Shown in pieces: positions 63,871 to 64,000 of a stretch of DNA of 64,000 nt. The notes under the pieces are model-generated. The model did not search any database, was not told the origin of the DNA, and was given only the letters and a program-made list of their open reading frames with translations. The stretch lies in assembly GCA_020635995.1 (NCBI GenBank), contig JACJYS010000001.1, positions 512,712-576,711 of the forward strand, written 5' to 3'. Numbering within the stretch: position 1 is the first letter of the stretch; each line of letters starts with the position of its first letter. The translations under genes and the position numbers were made by a program. This stretch comes from Chitinophagales bacterium (GTDB lineage: Bacteria; Bacteroidota; Bacteroidia; Chitinophagales; UBA8649).

Positions 63871-64000
63871 ATGTATGACTTTAACCAGCTAAATGCTATG
63901 CTTGTGCCCGAATTGAAAGACTTGGGAGAAAAACTAAAGGTAAAAAACGCCAAAAAATTAAAAAAACAAGATTTAGTTCTTGCCATTTTAGATATTCAAG
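63871..64000 (+). CDS. rho: transcription termination factor Rho, 5' end (partial, continues beyond window)
   Basis: MYDFNQLNAMLVPELKDLGEKLKVKNAKKLKKQDLVLAILDIQ matches the Rho N-terminal helical domain pattern. Confidence 0.75.
   Translation, partial: MYDFNQLNAMLVPELKDLGEKLKVKNAKKLKKQDLVLAILDIQ

Noticed and set aside
1-64000. tRNA, rRNA, tmRNA, RNase P and SRP RNA genes
   Set aside because: No T-loop (GGTTCGAATCC-like) or other conserved cores were noticed in any intergenic region. This is a by-eye scan only, so tRNAscan-SE/Infernal should confirm it.

Overview
Visibly AT-rich chromosomal segment of a Bacteroidota bacterium, probably Flavobacteriia- or Cytophagia-like; it cannot be placed more precisely from sequence alone. 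Supporting markers are type-A T9SS C-terminal sorting domains, PorP/SprF plus a PorE-like gene, a MoxR-DUF58-BatA operon, BshA, and TTTG/TAnnTTTG promoter boxes. About 54 CDS are densely packed and mostly housekeeping: anmK, comEC, yidC, purB, topA, aspS, mscL, kynA, bshA, nadD, nadB, nadA, lysA, dtd, pckA, serS and the 5' end of rho. Cell-envelope genes include two T9SS cargo proteins, two PorP/SprF paralogs, PorE, a TonB-dependent receptor, TonB, and an M1 peptidase fused to an Omp85-type barrel. I found no rRNA, tRNA, CRISPR array, transposase, integrase, phage gene or recognisable defence gene, and no obviously novel protein-coding system. The unusual content is non-coding. (1) A hairpin-dense element of about 0.5 kb occurs three times: a full copy at 43517-44037, a 5'-truncated copy at 531-960, and an inverted 3'-truncated copy at 57303-57560. 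Compensatory base changes between copies support two overlapping stems. (2) A family of GC-rich REP-like hairpins has conserved flanks G(A/G)G-AT...AT-GAC(G/A) and co-varying arms. (3) 7-nt-periodic, stop-codon-rich arrays sit directly after stop codons. All functional interpretations of these elements are hypotheses that need whole-genome, comparative and transcript data.
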